From NCBI RefSeq assembly GCF_964355755.1, contig NC_092680.1, positions 3,782,001 to 3,846,000 of the forward strand: a stretch of DNA of 64,000 nt. Reading direction: 5' to 3'. The stretch comes from Antedon mediterranea (taxonomy: Eukaryota > Animalia > Echinodermata). Made by a program: the position numbers and the translations under genes. This document shows, in pieces, positions 1 to 17,000 of this stretch. Numbering within the stretch: position 1 is the stretch's first letter; every line of letters starts with the position of its first letter. The notes under the pieces were generated by a model, which saw nothing but the letters and a program-made list of their open reading frames with translations, did not search any database and had not been told where the DNA came from.

Positions 1-198
1 GTGGAGTTGAAAGAGTTGCGAGTTACAACCCTGGCACTAGGTCAGGATTGAACCCTGGAGATTGGATGTTAACCACCAAGCTACAGCTATTTAATTTATT
101 ATAATCTAAACATAATTATGTTTGGACTGAATTTTAAAATAATAAGATCTTTTAATTTTATTTCCTTAAGTTAATCAACTGTTTGAAATTTGTTACAG

Positions 199-4870
<4,672 letters not shown>

Positions 4871-4916
4871 AGACTGGACATTGATACAGCAGTTACTATA
4901 TCTGAAATCTGTGTAA

Positions 4917-5069
4917 AGCTCTGTCTACACTATCAAACTAGTTTGAAAAAATAAGTGTAGTGTGCCCAAATATGGTAGTGCTATGACCAAATATGATAGT
5001 GGTATGACATCATCATGTCCATATATGGCATTTTTTTGTCACATAAAGTTTGATAGTGTAGACAAAGCT
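4917..5069. mobile_element. MITE family A copy in the KATNAL2 3'UTR
   Basis: Both TIRs present, TAA on both sides, starting 46 nt after the KATNAL2 stop. Confidence 0.85.
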
Positions 5070-7404
5070 TAAGTTGGGTATTGTGACCGTGCGATGAGCA
5101 TGTGTATAGGCATAGGTACAGCAAGGAAATTGGGCTTAGAGGATACAGTTGGTACCACCATGTGTAAATTGGGTATACACTAAATACAGCATTTAAATTG
5201 GGCATAAACACAGCAGGTTGTAGTATTTGTATGTCATTAAGTTTGAGATTCTTTTTGTGATATTCAGAGGAAAAACCAAACTTTAAAAGCCTGCAGACAA
5301 ACGTCTTGTGAAAATGGCAGAATACTACTAGACACTAGGATACAATGAAACTTTGTTTGGGTTTTAAAATTAAAATTAATTTCCTGATAAATGGAATTGC
5401 AATACTATAAAATACCTTGAATTTTAAAGTTTGTAGATAAGTGTGGCATTTTTTAAAACAAAAATGGACAATATTAGCTATATGAACAAACAGTTTGGAT
5501 AAGCCTCTGCAATGTTATTTTATATATTTTTTAAAAAAGGAATACTGTACATATTGCAACTATATTGGTATTTAAAGAAAGGAAGACTCCTTCTTTGGGA
5601 CCCCCCTATTATGGGGACACCTCTATTAAGGGGACACTTACTTTCCTGTGGGAAAATATAATGTTATCTGATTAAACACTGCAGCCCCTATTCAGTCAGA
5701 GGGTATTGTTTTGGGTACTGAAGATGTCCCCTTAATAGAGCTTCTATTGCACATTTAAAAAATGATGACAAATTACTAGAACTTTGGAAAGAGCGAGAGG
5801 GGTGATTATAAATGAAGGAGGCACATTGTTTAAATGCTAGATTTAAGTTCTTGCCTAAGGCTCTATCTACACTATACAACTATGTGACAAACAAATGTGA
5901 TGTGCCCATATATGGACATGATAGTGTCATATCACTACCATATTTAAGCATATCATTACCATATTTGTCAAACTAGTTTGATAGTGTAGACAGAGCTTTA
6001 TATGACGATGAACAAAGAAGATGATTCCTTTATCGTCTGACGTCATATGAATAGGATGATGAAACTGCCTATATTTAACCTATAGCAATTTAACTCATTT
6101 TTTATAATATAAGAGTCTGTTTATGTTTTTATGGAGCATTTGTTTTATGCAATATGTGTTTTTAGTGCAATGATGTGAATGAAAGTGAATTATAGCTTAG
6201 AATTATGTAAAGCTGTCTGTGTTCCTGAAAAGTATCCAAAATAATTATTTTAATTTGTATGAGAATCCACTGTGAGGGCACATTCCAGGGAAATCCCTTT
6301 TAAATACAGTAGACTGGACACTTTAACAAGGGGGAATATATGTTTTACCTTTACAGCAAAACAACAGATGGGGAAATCCCTATGGTTGAGAAATGTTAAG
6401 CTCTGTCTACACTACCAAACTTTATTTGACCAAAAAAAATGTGATGTGCCCATAATGGACATGATGATGTCATATCACTACCATAATTGGGCATATCACT
6501 ACCATATTTGAGAACATTTTTTGTGTCAAATTAGTTTGATGTTGTAGACAGAGCTTTAGTCTTGATGATTTTTCTCTAAATAGTGGTTCTACTATATGTT
6601 GGTACCCGAATGTGTGTTTATATTATATCATATTTTTATTAGTATATTTTATTATATATTACCTTCGGCAAACAATATATAATTTTGTCTCAGGTACTAA
6701 CAACGATAAAATTGCAAAAGATATCTGAAAACATATATAAAATTAAGCTAACACTAGTTATATTTGATAAAATTAAAGGAGGTCAATACATATTCATGTG
6801 AATATGCACATTTGCCAAAGCACCATAGATATTTAAATAAATGCGGATACAAAATAAAGTTGTGGCAAAGGTCATATTTTATGTAAATATATGTTTTTTA
6901 TTTGGAAAATTACTTATAATTAGTTATGTAATATACATTGAAGATAAAACCATTTATTGGTAGCTATATGAACAAACCAGTTCATGTATTGGTAGACAAC
7001 TACAATCTTCAGTGTAAATTAATGTTTTGGAACATTTGGTGTTCTAAAGCTCTGTCTACACTATCAAACTAGTTTGATGTGTCCAAATATGGAAATGATA
7101 TGACATCATCATGTCCATAAATATGTCACATTTTTTTGTCACATAAAGTTTGATAGTGTATACAGGGCTTTAGTTTGGCTACTTTAACACTGATGTTGGC
7201 AGGTGCGAGTGGCCCATATCTCGCTAATTTGGCATCCAAACATTTTAAAACCAAAATTCGAAATCTGAAGTTGAGGAAAATTCTTTGTTGATGAAGTGTA
7301 CTTTCAACAAATCCTTTCCAAAACAGAGATGGAATAACTGCAGTATTGGAAATCCTTCAGAAATTCTAGCATCAGCTAGTGGACATGTAACTGGTACAGT
7401 GATA

Positions 7405-10400
7405 TTAAGCTGATGTGTCGAACATTCGCAGCAAGGCGTGATCTATGAAAGACAATTATTCAAAATTAAAATTACGATTAAATACAGATACCACATATGA
7501 TATATTTTATAGATAGTATGTGGGTATACAGCACTGGGAATCAGTTGCAGGCACGACGCAAGTAAGTTGGCCAATCACAAGCGACGGTTCAGACGGTCCA
7601 TCGAATCATAATTGGTCAAAATGATTTACAGTGCGCTTATATCCTTAAATTGCATTGCGTCAAAGTTGGAACTAAGCGTACCATTTTGCAATAGCGTATA
7701 AAGACTAGAAAACAGTTGCCGACGACTAATATTAGTTTTCAGATAATTAGTTTGGCACTGAAGTGAATGCCAATTTCCTTACACGCAAGATTCTGGAAGT
7801 GCTCTCTTTCTTCGAGGTTCTCTTGCATGGCTTCCATCAGCTGTAGGTATCGAAAGAGAGTGTCTCGTGGCCACAAAGTTTCTGTTGGTGTCCGTGATAA
7901 AATCTCTAGGTTATCGTGGACCATCTTCTCCCAATCTGAAAAACAAAAAGTTGAAACTTCCAAAGTGGAGTGTCCTCTTCATCCAGGTTGCTTGTGGCCA
8001 ACTCAGACATTGACAGCGTCGTACGACGATGAACATTAAACATGTTTAGAGTTCTCTCGACGACCTAAAAACTACGCCTGACGCTATCTCAAGACGTCGA
8101 CTCGTCTCGTCGGGATTCAACTCAGACAGCACCGAATAGTAAAGACGCTTCGTCGGGCCTCGTCCTACGACACTGTCTGCTGAGTTGTTGGCCTTACAAA
8201 ACACATTTTAGTATTTCAAAAGGCTATTTAACTTACTATCGGAAATCTTCTGAGTGTCCATCATACGATGACTAATGGTGTCCATCAATTCTGATTGGTT
8301 CATAGATCTAGAGGACGTCGTGTTCTTTCCATCCGCATTACTCTTTGCGGAATCCTTACTATCAATGTTCTCCATACTCGCAACAGATGAATGACTGGCA
8401 CGTCTGTAACGAACACATAAGTCACTCCTGATGAATTGTAAAAGGCGCAACGCAGCGACGTATCGACGCAAAGTGTTGTATTGCGTAATCACAAGTGGGA
8501 ACCGACGACGCAACAGTGCTGCAAACATTGTAGGTTTGATTTCACACGCAGGCCTTCCAATATTTGGAAGGGCATTTTCTTACGTTGCGTAGTTTTCGTC
8601 GCTAGTGGGAACCAAGCATTATAAGGTATTTCAAATTAAAATGATCACGTATAGGCCTATCGTATTATCGTCTTGGTTTATTTGTGAGTTTGTCTGTTAG
8701 CAAAGGTTTCGTCATAACTGGAATTTTACCACTCCATTAAATTTTGGAGGGTATGCAATACATAGTTAGGCATGCCCAACGCTCGTAGCTTAAAAAAAAA
8801 ACCGCACATATTACCTTGCTTTATTTAAGGCAATGTCGTGCTTATTGAGTTCGTCATTGAATTTTTCGGCATTTAATATCAGTTGGCGTGTTGTCTCGTG
8901 CTCCCGAACTTCGTCGAAAAGATCGTTGCGAATGTTCTGAAAGTTATTAACTGTTCAAAATACAATTACAATACCATAATTGGAACTTAGGCCGACATGA
9001 AACTTTCAAGCGTTGCAATGGAATCAGAAATTATCATATATTTATTACTGTAAATCTCTGTCTATATACTATCAAACTAGTTTATGGTGATATGCTCAAA
9101 TGGTATCGCTATGACATTTCTACAAATTTTTGTCACATAAAGTTTGATAGTGTAGACAGAGCTTTAGTCTTGAGTAACTTACCCATAATTCCTACGAAGA
9201 TATTACGGAAGATAAACGACCCAATACAAATCCAAAGGATGATGTAGAAAGTCGTGAAGAATTTATCAGAGACTTTCCAGATGTCAGTGAGAACTCTATG
9301 CCATTGGTCAAGAGTAAAGAGCTGAAAGAGCGTGATCATGGCGCGTCCAAGATTTCTGCAACAAAAAAAATTTAAATTGTGTCCACACACAAGAAAGAAA
9401 GAAAAAAAAACACTTCCATCAAACTTTAAGTGACAAAAAAAAGTGATGTGCCCATATATGGACATGCTGATGTCATATCACTACCATATTTAAGCATATC
9501 ACTACCATATTTTGGCACATCACATAAAATTTGATAGTGTAGACAGAGCTTTAGTTTAGTGAGTAACACGTATACCTACTTAAAACTGTCCTTGTAGACA
9601 AGATCCTTACGATCCGATCGCGAGTAACTGTCAAAAAAGATGACACCTGCGATAGCAAAGATGTAGGCGAATGTGAACAGTAGTAGCATGATGAACGTCA
9701 TTGCCTTTAACAAGAAAAAAATGGAGAAGCGTAGGCTGGTTGCCGTCTTGGAGGTTGCAAACATTAAAGCGGAACTACCCTAACACCCCAGCCTAGCGTC
9801 CCTAAAAATGATTGTAGTTTTAATCATTCATTGTCATTCTCCTCCTTATGGTATATGGTACAGATACCACATTATTTAGACTGGATGGATGGAAGTGTTT
9901 TTGTGAAAGGGTTGTCACTCCCCTCCCAGCCGTACCGTATCTTACTGAACAGATTCGTCCCTGATTAATAACGCAACTAGGACGCAAGGCAAGGACGTAC
10001 ACGCAACGAAAACGAGTTGACCAATGACAAGCGACAGAACCACGCATTGAAATCGTCCATCGTCTTTATTGTCATTCAGCGTTAAATAATGTATTCAAAT
10101 AATAAGTCGAATCAGGAAAGATCCTTTCTAAGGAAACAAACAAACTCCTTCCTGGTCGAATCGATGTTTAGTTGATGTGTTGAAAGAGCAGTATCGTTTT
10201 ATCCGCATTAATGTATTTATCATGGTGAAAAAAGGGCCCTACTGAATAATGTCTAGCCTAATTTTCATTTACTTACATTGAACGCTTTTGTAATTGCCAG
10301 AGCGATGAGTCGTACTTGTCTGAATCGAGAAACCATCTTAAGAGATCGTAGAATACGAAACACTCGCAAGTTGTTGACTATCACACGCACTTCTTTCAGA

Positions 10401-12870
10401 TCGCCTGCTGTAAAGGCAATCAACTCAGGAACAAATGACTTAAATGAACACAATTTTTATTTTATTATTCGGCCTATTCAGTTACGCATTTGTTTATGCT
10501 TCGATTGAAAAGGTTTTTTTTGTGAACAAAATTCGTTTACAAAATTATTCCGGAGAACATAATTAATTGAATATATGACTGTAGTTTACATTTTAACATG
10601 TTTCTTCAAATCTTAAGCTCTGTCTACACTCTGTGACAAAAAAATGTGATAAATGCCCATAATATGGACATGATGATGTCATACCACTAACATATTTTGG
10701 CACATCACACTTTTTTTGTCAAATTAGTTTGGGTAGTGTAGACAGACTTAATATTGTCTGTGACAAATGATGGTCATAGGACAACAGACATTGAAAACGG
10801 CGCATACAGGCCTACCCTAAACTGTTTGATCACACCAATAGACTCTGTATCGGCGGGGTTCAGATTGTCTTTCTTAAGCTTGGTTCCCACTATATGAGGC
10901 AACGCAAGGACATAGACGCAACGCAACCAAGATGACCAATGCCATCGCGTGTGATTGGACAACTCGCTTGCGTTGCGCTAACGTTTTTGCGTTGCGTCCT
11001 AGTGGGATTCAAGCTTTACCCCGACAGTGACTGTAAAATCAAAGATATTCCATCCGTTTCCCCAGAATGTCCAGAAGCTGTCAATCCACTTCAGAATGAT
11101 CTCCAACATAAACAGAATTAAGGAGCAGTAATCAAAGATGTCCAGAGCAAATCGCAAACCATCTAGGTCAGGATTTGTGTTACCAGATACTTCTGCAAGG
11201 ATGAATAATAATTAAAATGGTTGAAATAAAAAACAATACAATACGACGGATTTCGCGAGTGAAATTAATTGTGGGGTATTATTGGAATTTTTGGTCGACA
11301 GGGAAGAGTGAAGTCGACCGGTCTAATCCGTATCTGTTGGTGACGTAAGCGTCGTTTGGGAACGTTGATGTGTTCTCTCTCCCCTTCTTGCCGTTCGCCT
11401 GTCTAAAATGCCGCTAAAATAAACGTCGTTTCAGACGCTGTAAACAGTTACTCATACAGGATTAAGAAGGATAAAAGTGAAGCGAGAAGTAAGTAGGCTC
11501 TATATAATATAATGAATTGCGTAGGATCACAATGATGTCACGAGGCTAGGTCTATACTATCTCACCTGATTGTATTCCTAGCGCGATAGAATTGGTTAGA
11601 ATGAGGAATAACATTGAATTCTGAAATAGGGAGCATGTTTTAAAAAAGTCAAGAAAACATAATAACGTACTCATTGTAAATATGTTATGATATGCTCAAA
11701 TATGGTTGTGATCATCATCGTATCCATATAATTATGGGCACATCACATTGTTTTGTCCTAAAAGTTTTATAATGTAGACATATTATTTATTATCGGTGCT
11801 AACAATGAGGATGATGATGATGACAACGATGATGAACAATAAAGATGATGTTGTTGTGATGGCGATTATGATGGATGGCTGCTGACAAAATAAATGTAAA
11901 CTAATCATAATTACGCCGATGACGATAATAACAATAATTGATATTATTATCATCATATCATAATTATTATGGGGACGATGGTCATGTAGCTAAAATGATC
12001 TTAATGCTTAAGCTCTATCTACACTATCAAACTTTTAAAACAATGTGATGTGCCCATTGTGGACATGATGATTTCAAATGACTACCAAATTTGAGCATAT
12101 CACTCCCATATTTGGGCCCATCACACTAGTTTGATAGTGTAGACACAGAGTTTAATATTGAAAGGATACTCTCAAGAACAAAATGCGCCCACATATCCAA
12201 AGGTGGATTTTTAGAGTTCTTGTTCTTTACTCGATTCTTGCGTCTGTCGCTCATTTGTATTTGTGATTTATCTTTACTTGAATAGACTTGAAACTTAATC
12301 AACTCATTTGCATTATCCAGCATCACTTGGTTTAGAAATTCACTGTCTGAAAAAAAAATAAATAAAAGTAGGCCCAGTCCTAATTCTGTTTTGAACATGC
12401 TCTATGCATGAATTATGCTTGGTTCCCACTAGAGATCCAACACAAGAACGTAACGAAACGTAAGTGATTGTGACCAATCACAAGCGATGGATTATTCCAA
12501 TTGTCGCTTGTCATTGGCCAAATGCTGCCTCTACGTCCTTGCATTGCATCTCACGCTCCACCTATTAGGAACCAAGCTTAATGGGAAGCTTAGGCCGGGC
12601 CATGCGGTTGGGTTCAATTATCAATAATCAATCGATTGCTTATACATGATAATCGCAATATTTGGTTTGTTGATTATGATTCGTTTAGTATTGATGAGTT
12701 TTACCTGCCATGTCTTTTGAATAATGTACTGGGGCATCAACAAGTCCCTGTTCGTCAAAGCTGTCTAAAAGGTGAAAATCCTCAATAAGTTTTGAACGAA
12801 AAAGTTCGGCCTTGGCAGAGAGTTTCTCGTACAACAACTGTGACTTTCTGGCATTTTGTTCTTCCGCCAT
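7405..12870 (-). CDS. CATSPER2: Cation channel sperm-associated protein 2 (CatSper pore subunit), about 512 aa
   Basis: Exons (minus): 12870-12705, 12346-12170, 11634-11566, 11192-11020, 10438-10277, 9704-9580, 9355-9183, 8950-8815, 8403-8237, 7935-7783, 7442-7405; total 1539 nt in frame. S4 is RVFRILRSLKMVSRFRQ and the pore is LFTLDQW (CatSper TxDxW). CatSper2-type segments: FRSKLIEDF, PPLDMWAHFVLE, NNFQNIR, WEKMVHDNL...WPRDTLFRYLQLMEAMQENLEER. Intron 2 is U12-type (see findings). Confidence 0.92.
7996..8193. mobile_element. MITE with imperfect TIRs starting GGCC
   Basis: GGCCAACTCAGACATTGACAGCGTCGTACGACGA versus TCGTCCTACGACACTGTCTGCTGAGTTGTTGGCC, inside CATSPER2 intron 9. Confidence 0.6.
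10877..11015. mobile_element. MITE family B copy inserted in a CATSPER2 splice donor
   Basis: TIRs at both ends; TTA duplication at 10874-10876 and 11016-11018, the latter being donor positions +2..+4 of the intron. Confidence 0.8.
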
Positions 12871-13270
12871 TGTTAAATGCGTATCAATTAAGAAAACGTA
12901 AGAAAATAATTTCGCGGTTAAACTCGAAGAATGTAAAAAATGTGTCCAAAAATTCTTTCCACGCATACGCTTCGAATAATTTGACTAGCATTTCAAAATG
13001 CGCAAAGTTCTATAGACCTTATCACGCGCGCAGAAAACGCGCAGGTCCGCATCACATTTTTCGCAAGAAAATTGTTATAATAATATAGGCCTTTGTCGAA
13101 TCCTTCACATTTTGTCATATAATATTTGATATAGTGTAGACAGTCGTAAGTTAAACAGATCACTATAACATAGTTTGTGACCATTGGTTGTAGTAGGCCT
13201 AGTTCAATTTTTCACTTCAACCCCAACCCGCATATCTCGAGAGTTGTTTAGTTGCGGATGTAAAATTTTA

Positions 13271-13298
13271 GGGAATTTCCCTTCAACCTATTACGTCA
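13271..13298. promoter_or_regulatory. NF-kappaB consensus site with adjacent CRE/ATF-like site in the CATSPER2-MALT1 divergent promoter region
   Basis: GGGAATTTCCC at 13271-13281 matches GGGRNWYYCC on both strands; TTACGTCA at 13291-13298. Function untested. Confidence 0.5.
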
Positions 13299-14042
13299 TC
13301 GTAGTGATTGCCATTCGTGCAGAGTTAAAACTGCTCGAAATGTGGTGTAGAATTATCCGGTAAATTATTGTCAGAATAATATCTAAATGTGGTTTTAATA
13401 CATTTCAGGATAATGTAGATTATATTAAATGAATTCTTTTGAACATTTGTATTCAGTTAAGGTTTGTTTTCACTAATTACTGTTTGTTTACCAAGCCTGG
13501 ATTGAAGCGGAAGAGAAAAAAAAAACAACCATCGGCGTGGGGAGAGAGAGAGACAGGTTAGTGCCTTCTGATTGAAACAGGTCGGCCTACTACGAAGCAT
13601 CCGGTTGGCCTAGGCCTAGATCACAAACATATTTCTAGAATAATGTGTAATGAATTGACGTATTATATGTTGGTCTACTGAAATTATTATAGACCGAGAT
13701 TAGATTATATGTTGTGATTCTATTAATATTATATTATACTGTAGTATAAAATTCATACATTTTTATTTAAATATTCATTTTTAAGTAACATTAATTAGAC
13801 AATCTGTTTAAATCAGAAATATTAATACTATACTTTATTAGATGATTTAGGAATTTAATGTTTGAGATTTTCGTACGAATATAACAAACTTTAATTGAAA
13901 GTATTAGATATTGTTATATCCATAAGGTTAAAAAAAAATTATATTTGAAAAATGTATTGTTTTGTTTTTATGTTTGAAAATCCACTTAAAATACTCTACT
14001 TATAATACTGTATTATTAACTTTCTGATATAGAGTTTTTGAC

Positions 14043-17000
14043 ATGAATCAAACATTATACAACAACTACCCACCAGAGCCGAGGGTAAACCCAAACAGTA
14101 ACATTGGTGACCTTAATGCTGTTATCATTAGAAAACTAATTTCTAGGCTTGACCTGCACACTAACGGAAAAGACTGGAGGGCACTCGCATATGCCTTGCC
14201 TGATGCTCCTTTCTCGTAAGTTATTAGCTAACAATGTTTTTTTGTTCTTTTAATATTCATTTTCACCTTACAAAAAGTATGAATGTCTATACCAATATTT
14301 GAATAAGAAAATTTAAACAGATACCACCTGAGCACAGGCAAGTTTTTATTTGTTATCATTCAATCAAATAACCTACTCAGGTGGGTTATCATTCATTTTC
14401 ATTCATGTTTTTATTTCGGAATACCATTGTGACATAATATATCCATAGCAAAAGAGAGAAAAAAAAATCTTAATCTAAGAGCTCATAATAAGGGCTTATA
14501 AATCAATATATTTACCTAGATAATAGCATAGAATCATCTTATTTTTGTTTCAAAATACCAAATTTGTTTTCTAGGGCACTTGATGTTGAATGTTTTGCTA
14601 ATAAAAAACTTGAGAACAAAAGTCCAGCGAAAGCACTGTTGTCTTCTTTAGCCGGCCATGGCAGAACAGTGAAGCAACTGATTGGTTACCTCAAAGCAAT
14701 TGGGAACGAACCTGCATTGCTTCTACTACAAGTGCCCTCCGGTTTGTAAACTATTATTTATAAAGCGTGGTTCCCACTATCAACGCAATGTAACATACGC
14801 AACGTAAGAAAATGCCCTTTTAATAATTGTGTTTTCCCCCGTCTGCATGAAATAAAATCTACTTAGTTGCGCGTCAACGTTAGTTGCCATAGACTTTGAC
14901 CTGGTTCACCTCACGTACTATGTTGTCCAGTGTTCTTTTGTTTTTTGTTGTTGCATGAAATCAAACTGAATTGATTTCCCAAGGCATTGTCGGTTTCCAC
15001 TTGTGATTACACCAGTATGCAATACGTCATGTTGCGTCGATATGTCGCTGCATCCTATTGGGATCCACGCTTTATTTATGTTTTTCAATTTCAGTATTAA
15101 TATTTTATATATTCAGGGGCGGATTGCATAGGGTGCATAACTTCTTTTTGTTATCTATTTTTGACAGAATATAAATATTGTATGTTAGCGCTCCTCTGTT
15201 TAAAAGATCCTGGATCCGCCCCTCAATGGTATATATACTATTCTTATTAGCCTTGATGAATTCATTCACTATCCTCCTTATTATAGTTGGTAATATTTCA
15301 CATAACTAACATTCTGTGTTTGGTTTTTGTTTTTAGAAGATATACAGATAATCCAACAGCCAACAAACGTCACAGCTGACGAAGGCGAAGATGCTGTGTT
15401 TTCCTGCCACGGAAAAGGTTTCCCTTTCCCTCGTTACCAATGGTTCAAGGCTGCTGATAGCGAGGCTATAACAGTTGAAAATGGGAATGATCGTGTATTA
15501 CGGATCAATCCAGTCTTGCCAAAGGATGCTGGCTCGTATTCCTGCAGGTTACACAATGATCGGGATGATAGTGTTGTCAGCTATATATTTACAGAATGGG
15601 CAGAGTTGAAAGTCGAAAAAGCATCATTTGGTACGATCTATTTTACATACCCTTATTTAATCACATTTGTTTGTCAAATAAAGTTTCATAGGGTAGGCTT
15701 CAGTGGAAAATAGTACCATGCTGTCCCTTGTACTATTCCACTTTTTTGCTGAAAACATGGTAATCTACAATAATCTGCATATAAGTACTACCTACAATAT
15801 TACAATACACCTATCAATTTATGATATGCATGATATAATTGGTTGATTTTGAAATAGAATGAAATACAAATAATACTAGAATTTTATATAGAAAATAGTT
15901 AATAGTTATTTTATTTTAATAGTTATTTTATCTTATTCTAGAAAATCTACCTCTAACATTGGAAGTACTCAAGCATCCATCTTCAGTAAAAGCCTCAGTC
16001 GGAAATTCTATATGTTTTGAATGTGAGGTGGAATGTCAAATTGCTCCCCGGTACCAATGGTACTGTATAAAATCAAACCTCTCACCGATTGTTATACCTG
16101 AGAAAACCGAAAGCAAACTCATAGTATGTATATATACATCAGTTTATTTCTTATTTTGCATGTACAGTACTACCGCAAATGTTGTAATGTTTTGAATGTT
16201 CAGCTATGACCTATGACCTGTTTACATTTTGTGTGACCTATGACCTATGTTAAAACATTTTTTCTTACACTACAGTTCAAACAGGTTACTCTTGAAGATC
16301 GTGGAGGTTATAGATGTAAAATTGAAAGTGGTAGAGAAAAAGTATGGACAAATTTTGCTGAATTGGAAGTTGGTTAGTAACACTATTTTATATAAATTGG
16401 TAAAGTGATAATTCAGAAAAGTAGTAAAACCTACTGTAAACAAATTGAATGAATATCAGATAAGATAACTTTTAACAACTAATAAGAACACACTTAAACT
16501 TATACGTTATCATTTCTACTTTGTTTCCAGTTCCAAGAAATTATTATAACACCGAATCGGGTAAATATTATTATTGTACAATATTATATTTTTGTAATGA
16601 TAATACTAGCAGTAGAAAGTATATTTTATTATACATTATCGGGATATATTTTTAGTTTCTTCCAAAAATCGGGAGGATCAGTTTAACGGGAGAGCAGGGA
16701 GATGACACAAAATAGAGGTCTGTGTATAAACATTACAAACTCTATTTAAATCTGCATGAGAGAAAGTTGACTAGAAGTCTGAATGAATTGTATCAACAAT
16801 TATGATTGTTTCTCTTTTCAGAGTTGCCAGTAATAGTTCGTCCACCAGTATCAGAATATATCAAAGACAATGAGCCTTATGTGTTAGCCTGCGAAGCATA
16901 CGGAAAAGGCCCACTATTTTATCAATGGTATAAAGATGGCGATAAGATTCCAGGTAAGAACTGTTTCATCAATCACACTAAAGCTCTGTCTACACTATCA

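Noticed and set aside
4981-6511. Short ORFs sharing LCLHYQTL / DMMMSYHYH peptides (related MITE-derived ORFs at 30069-30407, 41166-41351, 45838-46038), suggesting a small peptide family
   Set aside because: All are read-throughs of MITE-A copies; there is no independent coding evidence.
7996-8193. GC-rich block in a CATSPER2 intron as an extra exon
   Set aside because: It is bounded by inverted repeats (MITE), and the flanking exons already join in frame.
11810-11965. GAT/AAT-rich stretch resembling an acidic coding region
   Set aside because: Degenerate trinucleotide microsatellite inside the U12 intron, with no supporting exon structure.
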